Positions 48,601 to 61,417 of a DNA stretch of 64,000 nucleotides are shown here, one piece after another. Origin of the DNA: Plasmodiophora brassicae (taxonomy: Eukaryota); NCBI GenBank assembly GCA_036867785.1, contig CP145416.1, forward strand, positions 1,116,001 through 1,180,000. The letters are read 5' to 3'. The stretch's first letter is position 1, and each line of letters begins with the position of its first letter. A program made the translations under genes and the position numbers. The notes beneath the pieces were generated by a model, which saw only the letters and a program-made list of their open reading frames with translations, had not been told where the DNA came from and made no database searches.

Positions 48601-49155
48601 GCGTCTGCCATCGAGCAGGAGCTGAAGCTGGAGAGACAGCGGACGAAAGCAATGCGTGAGGAGATCGACGCGTTGCAGGCCGCCGTCAAGACGGTCGATA
48701 GCGTCAAGGAGGCGCTTCGCGGCCACATCCTGAGTTCCAGCGACGATCCCGAAAAGTCGTCCAACACATCGCTGCTGAAGCTGATCGATGATTACCAGTC
48801 GACGGTCAGGGAGCTCGAGGAGAAGAAGAAAGCGTTGGCGGCCAAGACGAAGGAATGCCAACGCCTGCGAAAGACACGGGCGTCCTTCGAGTCAGCGCTG
48901 AAGAGAAAGGTCGACGAAGCGTTGGCGATGTCGAATCCTCACGAAGACACTCTGCTGGCACAAACAGCGCCGACGACACCAATGGCCACGACTGGCATCG
49001 GACAACGATCCATCATCGTCGAGCACCCGGTCGCCCCAGTTCGATTACGACGGAGCGCGTCGACCACCGCTAACGACTACCAGGCACCCTGGAAGCCGGC
49101 CGGTAACCGACCTGATCGGCATAGCCGATACGCCTCAATCGATGAGAACTCGTAA
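45636..49155 (+). CDS. Large coiled-coil protein (about 1100 aa)
   Basis: Three long E/K/A/L-rich heptad ORFs separated by short introns. Confidence 0.8.
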
Positions 49156-49280
49156 ACTACCATAATGAACGTCGGCACTGACCGGCCTGTCAGGGGACGG
49201 ACAACAAACAACAATGAATAACGTAGTACAATGAACAGGACGATGATGGCAGGTCTTAAGGCCGACCGTAATGCCAATTG

Positions 49281-51720
49281 TTACTTGCCGCTGTGAAAGC
49301 TGAGGATTGCGTTCCTCATTCCTTCCAGCTGAACCTCGATGTTCTTCGTCGCATCTCGTGCGCGATTCAATTCCTGCCAATCCGTTGAGCCGATTGCGAC
49401 TAACCCATTGCGACAGATACGGACCCGCTTCAGGGAGTCGATCTCAGTATCCTTGGCCGTAATCGTCGCGGTGGCGTTTACCAGACTCCCTGATAGACTC
49501 TACGCGAACGACGGATCAGTCAGCAGAACACGTCGAGGCGGATATCATGCCATCAGACGTTGCATTGTGCCTCATGCATCCCTGCAAGGGATCCCATACG
49601 ATCAATCTCCTGTTGTCGATCCTGAACATCAGCGCGACATTCGTCGAGTGACTAAGACCATAAATTCAGACGTACGAACGACATATTTTCAAGCGCGATG
49701 GCATACAATCTTCAGCTGATCAATTTCAGCGGCAAGTCTCTGTGTTGTACGAGTGTGCTCTTCAGCGCTGGATGCACGATCGGAAGCACTCTGGTTTATA
49801 GCCTGGATAACAGAGATGACCATTCGGTTACCAAGTAAGGAGACGCCGGATACCACCTTGTGGACCTCCTCGAGCTGCTGCTGGAGAGTACGACATTTCT
49901 GCTCGAACTCGCAATCCCTGGCGTGAGACTGCATCGCCTTAGCAAGTCCCTTGAGCCCACACAGTCAATCAGTATCAGATCGTAGTGGGCAAGTATAGGC
50001 ATACCGATTGCAGCTGTGTCTTCTCTTCCAGGTGGGCCACCGCGGCGATATCGTTCAACTGGAAAGGTCAGACAATGAGCGGCGCAGCGAGTGCCGGACG
50101 ACTCACCCGTTTGAGTTGCTCGCGTTCTTGTTCGAGACAATCAACGATCATTTGCTGCTGCGTCTCCCGCCGCTTGGAAGCTTCCTAACGCAGCGTCACC
50201 AACGATGTTATCGCAGCAAATGCAGCATACGCGAACCGTCATTTCAGCGATAGAGGCAAGCAGGCGCTGCCTGTCCGCATCAGCACCTGTTGCTCGTTGA
50301 CGCAGCCGATCAATGAATCTTCTTGCGCCATCCAGTTCCGAGAGGGACGTCGACAACTTTTTATGCACTTTCTGCTCCCGCTCCTCACACTGTCGCAACT
50401 GAACCACAGCTTGGCCCATTTCGTTCTCCATCTTGGTCATTCTATCTTGATGGAAGCGCTATTTGGCCAAACATTCAGATTATGCACTCGAGCGAATGTA
50501 CAAACGTACATCGATGTGCTGAAGCAGATTCGTCTTCTCCGTAATCTCCTACAGATGTGTCAACGTGAATTTGTCTGCGTTGAACATTCACCCACCGCAT
50601 TCAGCTTAGATTCGACGGCGCTCTTTTGATCAAGAGTGTCGAGACACTTTTCAAGTGCTTTTGATCTCTCCATCAAGTCCTGTGAGCGTCGGCCATCAGA
50701 GATAGTTCCATCGTACTTTCGTCGACTCATATAACATACGCGCTTCATCGTGAAAAAATGAGCAGGCATACCGTTCGATGCCGCCTTTACAGGGACACGC
50801 CCAGCCTGCTTGCACGCGGTCGGTCAGGGGCATGCAGACCGTAACGATGAAATTGACACTGACATCCCCGTCCAAGGACGGACTCTTGGTGTGCGAGGGC
50901 ATCCTATAATGTTCCTTCGCACGACAAGGATCAGATACCGCCCTCGCCATCGAACGGACCGGAGCGCTTCTACCTCGGCTGTAACAGTCTGCCCAAATGT
51001 TTCTGTAGGCCCAGAAACTTGGTCGCCTTCAGCAAGTCTCTGCTCGTGAGTTCGTGTTTCAGTTCGCGAATTATGACAACGCAGACGAGGACAACCTTGT
51101 TCCGGAGCTCTTCCTCCAGCTCAAGACATCGCTCCTACAACGAAATGTAAGCATTGGCCCACACGATGCAATGAATCGACTCACGTGGAGTTCCTCTACT
51201 TTCTGGTTGGCGGCCTTCAGTTTTGTCTCCATCTCCTCAAATTCCTGATAGAGGAAGTTGTAATCTCTCCGTGGCGTTCCTGGCGTCATCAGGAACGCGT
51301 CCTCCGATAAGGCAGCGGTCTGGAACATCACTGTTCAAAAGCAGGTTGCATTGCGAATACAACTGAGCACCGTACCGAAATGAAGCTGAATCGAGAGCTG
51401 TCATCTCTGGCAAAATTGTCGTGGAACCCAACGGATTTGCCCTTCGTCGCAGACGGTCCCTGGAAACAAGCCGAGCAACGTTACACGATTCCGACGAGCC
51501 AGCATTCACAGGTCATCAGTACAGGGTCCGATAGGCTTAACTCGGCGATGATGTCGTCGATCTGCTGGATTGCCGAGATGATGAAGTCCGTCCGGCGAAC
51601 CTCGAGCTGGTCCCGGATGACGATCAGCCGCTCGACGACGCCGAGCGCAGCTGCCCGGGTGCCCAAAAGACAGGCAGCACCGACCAGAAAGACCCACAAC
51701 CGGCCGACCCCGCAACCCAT
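49281..51720 (-). CDS. Multi-exon coiled-coil protein with hydrophobic N-terminus (may be two genes)
   Basis: MGCGVGRLWVFLVGAACLLG; exons QEFEEMETKLKAANQKVEEL, MENEMGQAVVQLRQCEERE; ends ILSFHSGK. Confidence 0.5.
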
Positions 51721-52005
51721 GACCGGCGCCGCCCTTCGTTCGTGCCAAGTGCAAACGTGACTGACGCGTGCGAACCCAGTTTGAAGCCGGGGCCCTATTT
51801 TGCCCGCGTGCCCATGTAACACCCCCCGTCCCCCTCGTCCCTTGCTGGGACACGCCGCACGCGCCAAAACGTCCAACGACTACGTCACGTCCCGAGCGAT
51901 AGGTACCCTCCCAATTCCCATTCATTCACTGGTACTGTACTGGGTCCGGGGTGTCCCCTTCGAGTGCGGTGGCAGGGAACCCCGCACGCTCACAATGCAC
52001 TGGTT

Positions 52006-53390
52006 TCAAGCCCGGGGCGCAGAGACGTCAACCGTGGCCTGTTGTGGGCGCGGTGCCTTACTTGAGGAGGCGGATCCGGGCGGCAGAGTGGCGATGTATG
52101 GTGCTGGATCGAAGCCGAACACGCCATAGCGGGCGACGGCGGCGTTGATGGTCGTTGGTGTCCAGTAGCGATGTCCGGGCGGCGGGATGCCGAGCAGGGC
52201 GCGCTGTTCGACAGATGCGTTTGCGACGATCTTCTCCATGATTGGCGTCGAATACCAGTACCTGCCGGTGTCCTATCAGTGCCCTGCTGATGCCCATGTG
52301 GAAAGCATCGTCAGGTTACATGTTCTTGGCCCAGCCACGATTCCAAACGGATACCCAGTGTGCATCCGCACGTTTGTACCCAAGGTTCGCAACGACTCGC
52401 AGCGCGCCAGGTTTAACGGGGGTACCGCGGTGCCAAACGTCATGCCTGGGACGACTCTTTGTTAATGCACTTTTAAAGGCGATTCGGCAGCGCTACAGAC
52501 CTGTACAGAAGGACAGTCCCCATGCGAAACTTGACGTGAAGTTCCCGTTCGTATAGGCCTTGTCGCAGCTGGAAGTAGTCGGGATGGTGCTCGGCCAGGT
52601 ACTGCTCACACGCTGTGCGGTCGTTGACAAACGGGATCCCGCCGTACCCGGGCATGGCGACGAGTGGGTACTCGTACGCCGGGTCATCACTGCCGCGTCG
52701 TGGACTGACCGCTGTTCCACCACCGCAATCGTCCACATCGGAGAGGTACACGATCATAGCAACACATTCGGGCTCGTACCAACCTGAGTCTCGTCAACAT
52801 CAACTGGGGGCATCGTTGCCGTGCTGCATGTATACCAGGAGGGTGCAGGAGCGTGTTGTTGCCATAATCGCAGTGCATGCGCTGGTCGTTATTCGACTGC
52901 CCGCCCACTTTCGAACATTCGACACCGCGTTTCGGCCAGATGTCCGACTGGATTAGGCGAAGGTCGGTCACGACCGTGCCCAGCAACTGCGCCGCCGCCC
53001 TGATCAGGTTCGGGTGCAACGGGATCTCATCGCACCGTCCCAGGCATGTGGGAAATTCCCTAATGTCCCACATTGAGCACTTCGCCTCGCACCTTCCCGT
53101 TGCGTCATGTACAATTTCCCTCCCGACCCAAAGTCTTCAGCGTCGTGCGTCTGCAATGCCTGGATGGCTTCCTCCCTGTTGTAGACGCTGTAGACGCGAC
53201 GTCCAGGTGCCCCATGAGCGCGCACGCACCTGCACGCCGTGACGAGGTCGTCCGGAAGCAGACCCTGAACGAGCGCGTACCCCTTCTCGCGCCATGAGCT
53301 CACATGCCCTGGCGTAAGCAGGCCCGCATCGCCGACGCCGGCCTGAACGTCTGTCGGGATCGCCCACCGGATCGCCTTCACAGTTGACAT
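52006..53390 (-). CDS. PhyH-like Fe(II)/2-oxoglutarate dioxygenase
   Basis: SWREKGYALVQGLL; QRMHCDYGNN (HxD); IVYLSDVDDCGGGTAV; GTVLLY; WHRGTPV. Confidence 0.8.
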
Positions 53391-53596
53391 CGCTCCTTGC
53401 GGTTGTTGACCCCGTCTCCGTGGCAATGCAAAACGAAGCGTCGTTGATGAGACGATGACGTGTACAACGGGAAGGTCGGCAATTGGCCACCTTGTAAGGA
53501 ATTGGGGGCCTTGCGCGCAACGACGGGCGTGATGACGTACGTCTTACAAACAGGGCCCCCCAATTTGGGTTTGAACCGGGGTGCCGTGCGCGGCAG

Positions 53597-54568
53597 ATGG
53601 TCGTGCAGGCGAGCGACGCGATGAAGGTGACGCCGGCGATGTCGGCGCTGGCGGGGCGGTTCACGCTGAACCAGGTCATGCTACGGGTTCGCGACCCGCG
53701 CCGCTCCGTCCCGTTCTACGAGAAGCACTTCGCGATGCGCCTGATCGAGAAACGGGATTTCTCCGATTTCTCGCTGTACTTCCTGGTGACGGTGCCGCCG
53801 GGCACGCCGCCCGACGTCTACGGTCGGGAGTACCTGAAATCGGGCGACTATGGATGCTGCCTGGAGCTGACCCATAATCATGGCACGGAGAACGACCCCG
53901 AATTCTCGTATCACGCTGGGAATACGCCCCCGCTGGGGTTCGGCCACCTGGGGTTCCTCGTCGACGACCTGTCGGGGCATTGCCATCGCATGATCGGCGA
54001 CGGCGTTCGTTTCGACAAAGAACCGTCAAAGGGTTGTAACTACGCGTTCGCCGTCGACCCTGATGGGTACCGGGTGGAAGTCCTCCAACGATCGGGAACG
54101 CCATCGCCCGGGCCGTCCACGTCGTCGTTCCACCACGCCATGCTTCGAGTCGCTGACATTGCCAGGAGCCTCGAGTTCTACCAGAAGATCTGCGGGTTCC
54201 ACCTGCTGCATGCGACATATGTCCCTGGCGAACGTTACTGGTCCTACTATCTGGGATGTGGGCTGCCGCCGACCGATCACGTCCCCGATGAAGCCGCGCG
54301 CACGAGGCTCTTCTCGTATCCAGGGCAACTCCTCGAGCTTACCATTGCCGATGAACCCGAAGTCAGGTACCACAACGGGAACGTCGACCCGCGCGGCTTT
54401 GGCCATCTGGCCATCATGGTCGACGACGTGTACGAGGCGTGCGCCGAAATGGAGCGGTGCGGCGTGGCGTTCCAGAAGAAGCCCGATGACGGGCGCATGA
54501 AGGGCCTGGCGTTCATCCTGGACCCGGATGGGTACTGGATTGAAGTCGTCAAACGCGGCGCAAACTAA
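53597..54568 (+). CDS. GLO1: Glyoxalase I, fused two-domain type, intronless
   Basis: LNQVMLRVRDP; LELTHNHGTE; GFGHLGF; FHHAMLRV; YHNGNVDPRGFGHL; LAFILDPDGYWIE. Confidence 0.95.
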   Translation: MVVQASDAMKVTPAMSALAGRFTLNQVMLRVRDPRRSVPFYEKHFAMRLIEKRDFSDFSLYFLVTVPPGTPPDVYGREYLKSGDYGCCLELTHNHGTENDPEFSYHAGNTPPLGFGHLGFLVDDLSGHCHRMIGDGVRFDKEPSKGCNYAFAVDPDGYRVEVLQRSGTPSPGPSTSSFHHAMLRVADIARSLEFYQKICGFHLLHATYVPGERYWSYYLGCGLPPTDHVPDEAARTRLFSYPGQLLELTIADEPEVRYHNGNVDPRGFGHLAIMVDDVYEACAEMERCGVAFQKKPDDGRMKGLAFILDPDGYWIEVVKRGAN

Positions 54569-54683
54569 GGCCCCCCGGGTTCGTTGTCTGATGGTTTCTA
54601 ACCGCGGCGACATCTGCGAATCGTTATAATCATATACCTATGTGTTCTATGTACGGTATGCACAATCACAACGAAGCGTGCCA

Positions 54684-56940
54684 TCACTCGAACTGGAACA
54701 GCTCATTGTCGTTCGAGAAGACAGCGTCCTGCCGGCGCACCGGTCGTACCAGTCCTGCGCTCTGCAGGAAGATCCCGATCCGGACGGCCGACCGTGCCGA
54801 CAGGCCCCGGTCCACGATGACGTTGACGAACGTCGACGCCATCCACCCCGAGTACGTCTTGAACATGCGCACGTGCGACGTGACCTCGATCGACTCGCGT
54901 AGGTGCCGGACGGTCAACGGGACCAGGGCGCCCTGCTCGTCGAGGACCTCGTCGACCAGGCTGTCGGGGACGCGATGCTTGATGGGCAGCAGCGCCGCCC
55001 GTCGCAGCGCCTTCGCCATGCGCTTCGGGAAGAACATGCCGGTGGCGAACTCGCCGATGGCCTCGACCAGATCGTGCTGGTTACCGGCGTCCTTGACCTT
55101 GATCGGGACGATCCGCAGCAGCAGCCGGGCGTCTTCCAGCGCATCGCAGATCGCAGCCGCCTTGCCCGGCCCGCCAACCCTCTTCTCGTCCAACCGGGAC
55201 GACCTGCTGTAGCAACCTATTGCCCGCAGCAGGGTGGTCGTCGCCAGCGCAAGGTCGCTGTCCAGCGGGTCGTGCTTTCCCCCCGCGGTTAGGCGAAACC
55301 CGCCCACGCCCTGGAACGGCCCTGTGCGCGTCTCGTGTCACATCACGGGTCGTGACGCGACATGGCGCCATCGGGCACCGACCTGACAGGGAGAACGATG
55401 GCGCGTTGCAGAAGATCTGGTCGCGGACCAGTTCGGCGACGTCGACCATGTTGTTCCATTCCACCGCGTGCGTACTGCTGGAGAACCCTAATAGGCGACG
55501 GGTCGGCGACGGGTCATGCTCCCGACACTGTCGACGTTACGATTCGGTGCGAGACGCTGAAGGAACTTTGTAGCGATGACGCGAGCGGTCTCGACGCTGT
55601 TCTTTCGCTCGGCGAACTCGAGGACGACCTCGAGCGCGGGCCGGAACCGGGGCGTCGTAAGGAACAGGTTGGCCAGCAGTGCCGACACGACCGCATGGAT
55701 CGACGCCACCGATTCGTCATCGCCGGCGGCGCTGACCGCCTTCAGCAGCGTCAGCGGCTGCACGTGCCAGTCGGGGACCGTCGTCGTGATCTTTGTGCAA
55801 TTCTGCCTGTTGTCGACCAGGGCGACCAGGTCCCCCAGCGCCGCCCGTTTCAGCGATCGGGACGCCTTCGACACGGCAACAAAGTACGGGTCCCATAGCG
55901 CCGCACGCTCCACGCTGCAGAAGGTGAGGTGCCCGGCGCTTCTGCCCCCAGCGGGCCCGTCTTCGAGCGCGCGCACGTACTCCACTGGGTCCACCAGGAC
56001 ACAGATCGCCAGCAGCGCTCCCGCCATCTGCGCCGCGCGTGTCAGATACCGCCTGGGAACATCCGGGGGACCCTGGTCACCTTCGGGGAGAAGACGGGTG
56101 TGATGTGCGCGCGCGTAAAGCGCACGTACGCGTCGAGGAAAGTCGCACAGGTCGTGCAAGTCGGGTCGGGATGGGATCTGCACCCATGCGAGCGTCGATG
56201 GCGCTCGTGTAGGACCCAGGCGAGGATGACGGCGATGGGTTGGGTACCGGGGGCGGCAAGAGCCAGGCGGACGCAGTCGCCGGTGACGAACGCAGGGGAC
56301 AGGATCGCCCTGGTCAGCAGGCGGTGCACGCGGCGAACGGTGTCGGCCTTGGTGGCGTCCAGCCCGAGCTCCTGGTCGGTCTTATGCAGGGTGGACCCCA
56401 CACCGCCGGACACGTTCTCGAGCAACGCCAGGAGGAGCGACGCGTCGTCGGGAAACCCGGACACAACGTCGGAGACGTGGTCGGGCGTCAACGTGACGCC
56501 GGATAGAATGGCGTCCAGGTTGGCGTCGGCCAGCAGGGGCTCTGCCAGAGCGCAGAGCCGCGACTGAAGGGAAGACGTCGTGCGAGACGCGCTGGTGGAC
56601 GATGCGGTCACGTCGTTCGGGCGGGACAGCACAGCATTCAACCAGCTGATCGAATCGGCGGAACGCTGCACCGGGCTCAGCGTCTGCCAGTTGCCCGCCA
56701 TGGACCAGGAGCACTCAAAGTCGTCGTCATTGCGCTCGGGAACGGACCCTGGCGCCGTCACCGCGAACATCGATAGCGGTATGGATGCCTTCTCGATCGG
56801 GACGCCCGGCTCCGTGCCGTCATGCGCCCGAAACCCGATGTCGTTCTAGAACGATCGCGAACTCCCCGGGGCGGCGCTGTGGCGTTCCCATACGGGTGCC
56901 ACGGCTGTCTGGATGGGCGCCGAACAATGTCGGGTCATCA
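54684..56940 (-). CDS. Helical uncharacterised protein with C-terminal DEP-like domain; start uncertain
   Basis: Terminal IEVTSHVRMFKTYSGWMASTFVNVIV...SARSAVRIGIFLQSAGLVRPV...FSNDNELFQF follows the DEP pattern. Confidence 0.6.
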
Positions 56941-57144
56941 CGTTCGCGGCGTTACGACCGAGTCAGTAGAGGTTGGACCCGGTTTCAACATGATGGCTGC
57001 TGGGCAAAAACGGACCTAAGGCTGTGAAAAAACCGTCTGGCTCGTTCAGCCCGCACTTCATCTGTGGCCATCGGGACTTGCGCCATTCTGCGGATCGTCG
57101 GCGGCTCCCACATATGGGACCCGGGGCACTCCTCGGAGGGTCAT

Positions 57145-57559
57145 ATGGTGGTTAGCGGCACCATGGTGTTCAGCTCAGCCGCCGTCTTCACGACGCCCGA
57201 CAGCGAAGTCCCCGCGATTCCGTTCCAGTACGCTGCGGGCGCTGTGGCCGTGTACCCGGTTCGCCTGCAGGAAGCAACCTTTGACGTCCGGGTTCCACTG
57301 TCCGCGTCCGATCGACAGCCTCTCCATCCGCGTTACCAGACACGGTACGTCCCCTTTTCTGGAACGGCCGCCGTTCTTGAAGCAACTCTGAGATTTGGGT
57401 GCTTGCAGGTTCGCGTGCGTGTATTGCCATCACCACAAGCTGGGATGCAACTACCAGCGGCCATGTGAGCGCTGCGTTCGGGCAGGCCTAGCCGATCAGT
57501 GCGTCGATCGACCCCATTCCTGCAAGCGCGGGTCACGTCAACGGGTCCTGTCTGAATGA
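57145..57559 (+). CDS. Small Zn(II)2Cys6 binuclear-cluster protein, two exons
   Basis: Intron 57345-57408 (GTACGT..TGCAG) joins RYQTR to FACVYCHHHKLGCNYQRPCERCVRAGLADQCVDRP (Cx2Cx6Cx5Cx2Cx8C); stop at 57557-57559. Confidence 0.85.
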
Positions 57560-57720
57560 GACCGCCAAATGAAGCGACCGTCTCTTCCCGATCTCGAGCT
57601 CCCAAAAGCCACAAATACAAAGCACACTTCCACGCGCGCCTTCGTGGATATAGCGTTGATGGAATCACATTGTAGTCGCAACCGTGGATACTTGACACGT
57701 ATAAACAACCGACGTTAAAC

Positions 57721-60686
57721 CTATATTCTTCTAGGAATGCTGTAGAATGAATCGGCGGGCGAAGTTCGTTCCAGCTCGAGCGCCGTCAGCAAGGCCTCAC
57801 TGGCCTGCTTGAACTTCCCCTGCGATTCCAGAGCTACGCCCATCTCAAACCTGTTCAAGAACGGGCACCGTTCAGGCGGGATTCGCATTGACGCACTCTA
57901 CGCTAACCAGGTCTCATGTAACGTCGAATCGATTCTCAATGCAGACGTCAGCGACTCGTGTGCGATTACGCTTCGATGCATCTGCAACGTGTTAACAGCG
58001 CCATCGAACTGCGAATCCAGAACTGGCACCTTGTTGTGGATGGCACCCATTCGCGTGAGGGCCTCTGTGTGGCTGCCATCGAACGCCAAAGCGCTTTCGT
58101 AGTCCGACACGGCTGTGTCCAGGTCGTTTGCGTTTTCAGAGAGTCTAGCTCTCTGCCAACAGCTAGGTCAGTCCCATGGACACGGCGTCGGTTGCCACGT
58201 GTTACCTTGGCAAGAATGTCTGGCATCCAAGAAGACGATCCCATCTCTCTCGCCGCGTCGATGGCGATGAAAGCGTGTGCAAGAAGTTCCGTAAGAGAGC
58301 ACGCTCTTGAAACGAATTCGTAAAACTCCCCCAACGAGAGCAGTGTCCGGTACTTGATGGCATTCGGATCATCCATCTTCAGCGCCGTACTTGAATACAT
58401 TCGGAGCACTGTGCACGCAATGTATCACAGCCAATGCGAAGGCGGGGCCGATGAACTTACACTGAGGAGGCAACGCCAACGAGGTCTCTGGCACTCCAGA
58501 AGACAATAATGGCCTGTCCCGGTCCAGTGTGGGGAAGGACCACTGGCCAATTTGAACGTACGTGATGGAGTCACGGAACAACAGTTCGACAACGTCCACA
58601 AAGGCGGACACAGTTCTTGTGATTGTGGACCTCAGCTCTTGTTCGGTAAGCTCCTCAGAATACAGTTGGGCGCATAGTATTCGGGCTTTTGTATAGCGAA
58701 ATGTACTGCGTTTTCGAATTAGACAGATACGCCGTCAAAGCTCACACAAGGGTGTACCACTGGTGGTCCGGACCACATTCTGCCAACCCGACGTTGCAGA
58801 CGTCGAGCGCGTCAGCGTACTTCTTCTGCGACGACATCAGAAGAGCTAGCAGCTGCCAGCAGTGGGGGTGGTTGGTATTCAGCGATAGGCAATATTTGCA
58901 AAGTCGGATAGCAGTCTCAACCTGGGAGCAACCCATTCAGAACCAGGGGACCACAAGGAGTCCCGGACACGAACCTCGCGAATATCTGCATGAATCGCTG
59001 CTAAACTGAAAACGACAGGCTGGTCACGAGGCCGGGCCTTCGCAGATGATGTCAGAGAGCGTAACGACAGCTGCTGATAGTGCTTCCGTCTCGAAAAGGT
59101 CCAAATCTGAGGTTAACCCAAACCATCAGGGTGAACCGATGCGAGTCACGACACCCGGCGCCAAACCTCGTACGCATATCGGCTTGCAGCAGTACCAGAA
59201 GCATATTCTGCAACGTAACGCAAGGGATGGTCTTTGGGACAGAGTTCCAGGGCTTGGTTCGCAAACTCATGCGCTTGTTGTGAGCTCGACAAGTAGTTCA
59301 TGGAGACTTTGGAGGCAAGCAGCAGACGAAGGACGTGACCCGGTTCAAGCTGCAGCGACATTTTGAGCGCGAGAAACGCCTCAACATAATCGCCCGTGCA
59401 CATTAGCGCCATGGCTCTTGTGGCCCATAGGTCCGGATTATTCAATTCAACAGCAATCGCGTCACGATACAGATCGGTGATTGCGACGAAGTTCCCCGAC
59501 ATGCACCAGATCAAACTTAAAATTCGCCTTGCATGCCGCGCAATGCAATGATCCGCTGCGGGGCCGCTGATGGCACATGCGACTTGCATGACCGCCTCCT
59601 CGTATGGCGAGCGCGGCAACGCATCCTTCGACTTCGACGCACCATCGTACTATACCACCCTGAATGGAACGAACGAAGCAGCAAGGTGCAAACAACTGAC
59701 GTGTGGCGATGCGGCGTAGAGATTGTACAGCTTCAAATTGTAGAAGACGAGAAGTTCTGCACACCGTACAAGAACGCCTTGTCGTATTCGCTGATCTGAC
59801 GACGCTTCACTGCGAGTGCACACGCGTCGAAACGTTTCCAGGAACCCAGCATAATTTCCTAGCTTCGCCATTGTTCGACACTTTCCAGTTATGGAAGCAA
59901 TCGCCACTATGCAGATGCTTAGAATAATCATGCAGGACGACGACAACGGACAAACCGTTAACAACAGAAGCGACCCTGGCATTGCAAGCGCTCTGCAGTC
60001 TTTCGTCTCGATCGTTCGTATCCTCAGGCCGAGTCGCAAGCGAAAGATGGGGCATGATCAATGACTTCCACACTTCGACATACTGAACATGCGCATCCGC
60101 GTAGTTATGCAACCGTTCCTGCAGCATCGCTCGCAGAGTCAGACTCTGCAACAGCAGGATCCAGCGGTCTGGGATTCGCCTGACGGCTGAAAGGGCCGGT
60201 TAGGGCACTGTACACCCGATTGCTAATGGACACTGATCACCTTCACCGGTCCGGTAGATGCATTGCGCTCCACCAGGCAGTTTGACCTGGCTGAGGATCT
60301 CGATACCTCTTCGGACCGTATTGTCGCCCATCGTTCTCAACGAGACCGTCGAATAGCCGCATCCGTCAAATTCAAAAGGAGCCTCCCCGAACATAGCGAT
60401 GCAAGCCAACCGTAAGTGGGCGTCCTGCGCGTAACGATGTAAGATGCAGATAAATACTTGGACGAAATACGCTGACGTGGATGGATTCGCACAGATGGAC
60501 GGCCTTATTGTAGAATTCTGAAGCGGCCAACACATCCTTCTGAAGATACAGAGCTGCATCGCCCTGAAGGCAGTGGCCCAGCGCCTGCTCCTCGGACGTC
60601 CTCGTCGATTTCACCAGTTCAACGCCAGCGTCTCGCACGCCATTCCAATCCCTTAGTAGGCGGCTAATGCTGTCCGATGACGCCAT
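57721..60686 (-). CDS. TTC7: TTC7/Ypp1-like TPR protein, many introns
   Basis: PRSPYEEAV; WQLLALLMSSQKKYADALDVC; ends ASEALLTALELERTSPADSFYSIPRRI. Confidence 0.82.
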
Positions 60687-61417
60687 TCGACGGGGGCGTT
60701 CCGGGGTGGTCTCACCAATGTCAAGCCAGCATCATTGCCAAAATATCCACGCCCTTCTCCGGGAAGGCTCCAGCTCGAAACTCCCGATTTGTTTTGCACC
60801 GAATGCGCCGCGCTGAACTGATGGAACGTATTAGCCAAGTCGGTTTGCTCGAATACATCGACTCGGCAGAGCAAGTCGCTCTTTTGTGTACCCATATTGT
60901 GATGCCTGCCTGGATAAATACCTTGGGGCGTGCGACTGTACACATCAACCCACCTGAGAATGAGTAAATGACGATGTGGGGCAACGAAACGACACCGACA
61001 CCTCCCATGCGGCAACAAAGATACCTGGTGATCACCAGGCATGTGTACGAGTCAACTGCATCGGGCGAAGTCCTTCTGGACAGATCCGGTCGTAACACAT
61101 TCCTCAAGTGCACAATCTCGCAAGCTTACGTTAAGGCCAGCCGACTCTTCGACGGGGTTCGTCAGCTTACCTGTCAGGTGAAGTTTACCAACCAGCTATC
61201 AAACAATGCATGGACGTACATCCCAGTTCGAACTTCAGACTCCTACCGACATCGGTCGATACATTTCGGGACGGGTACCTGGGAAGTCCAGGGGGCTCCC
61301 ATGAGTAGTGACAGCCGAACAATGCGTTCCACAGACGCGCCAGGTGAATGCCGATTGCCGACTATCCGCGTCAATTTTTGGTCGCAGCAGCTGGCCGTCG
61401 CGGCAGGTGGCATCTGC

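Noticed and set aside
39717-56940. G-protein signalling gene cluster (GRK, CNBD channel, DEP protein)
   Set aside because: Genes are interspersed with unrelated ones; no evidence beyond chance
57064-57468. PIG-X-like call from PLHPRYQ
   Set aside because: The spliced Zn2Cys6 model explains the region better and there is no TM segment
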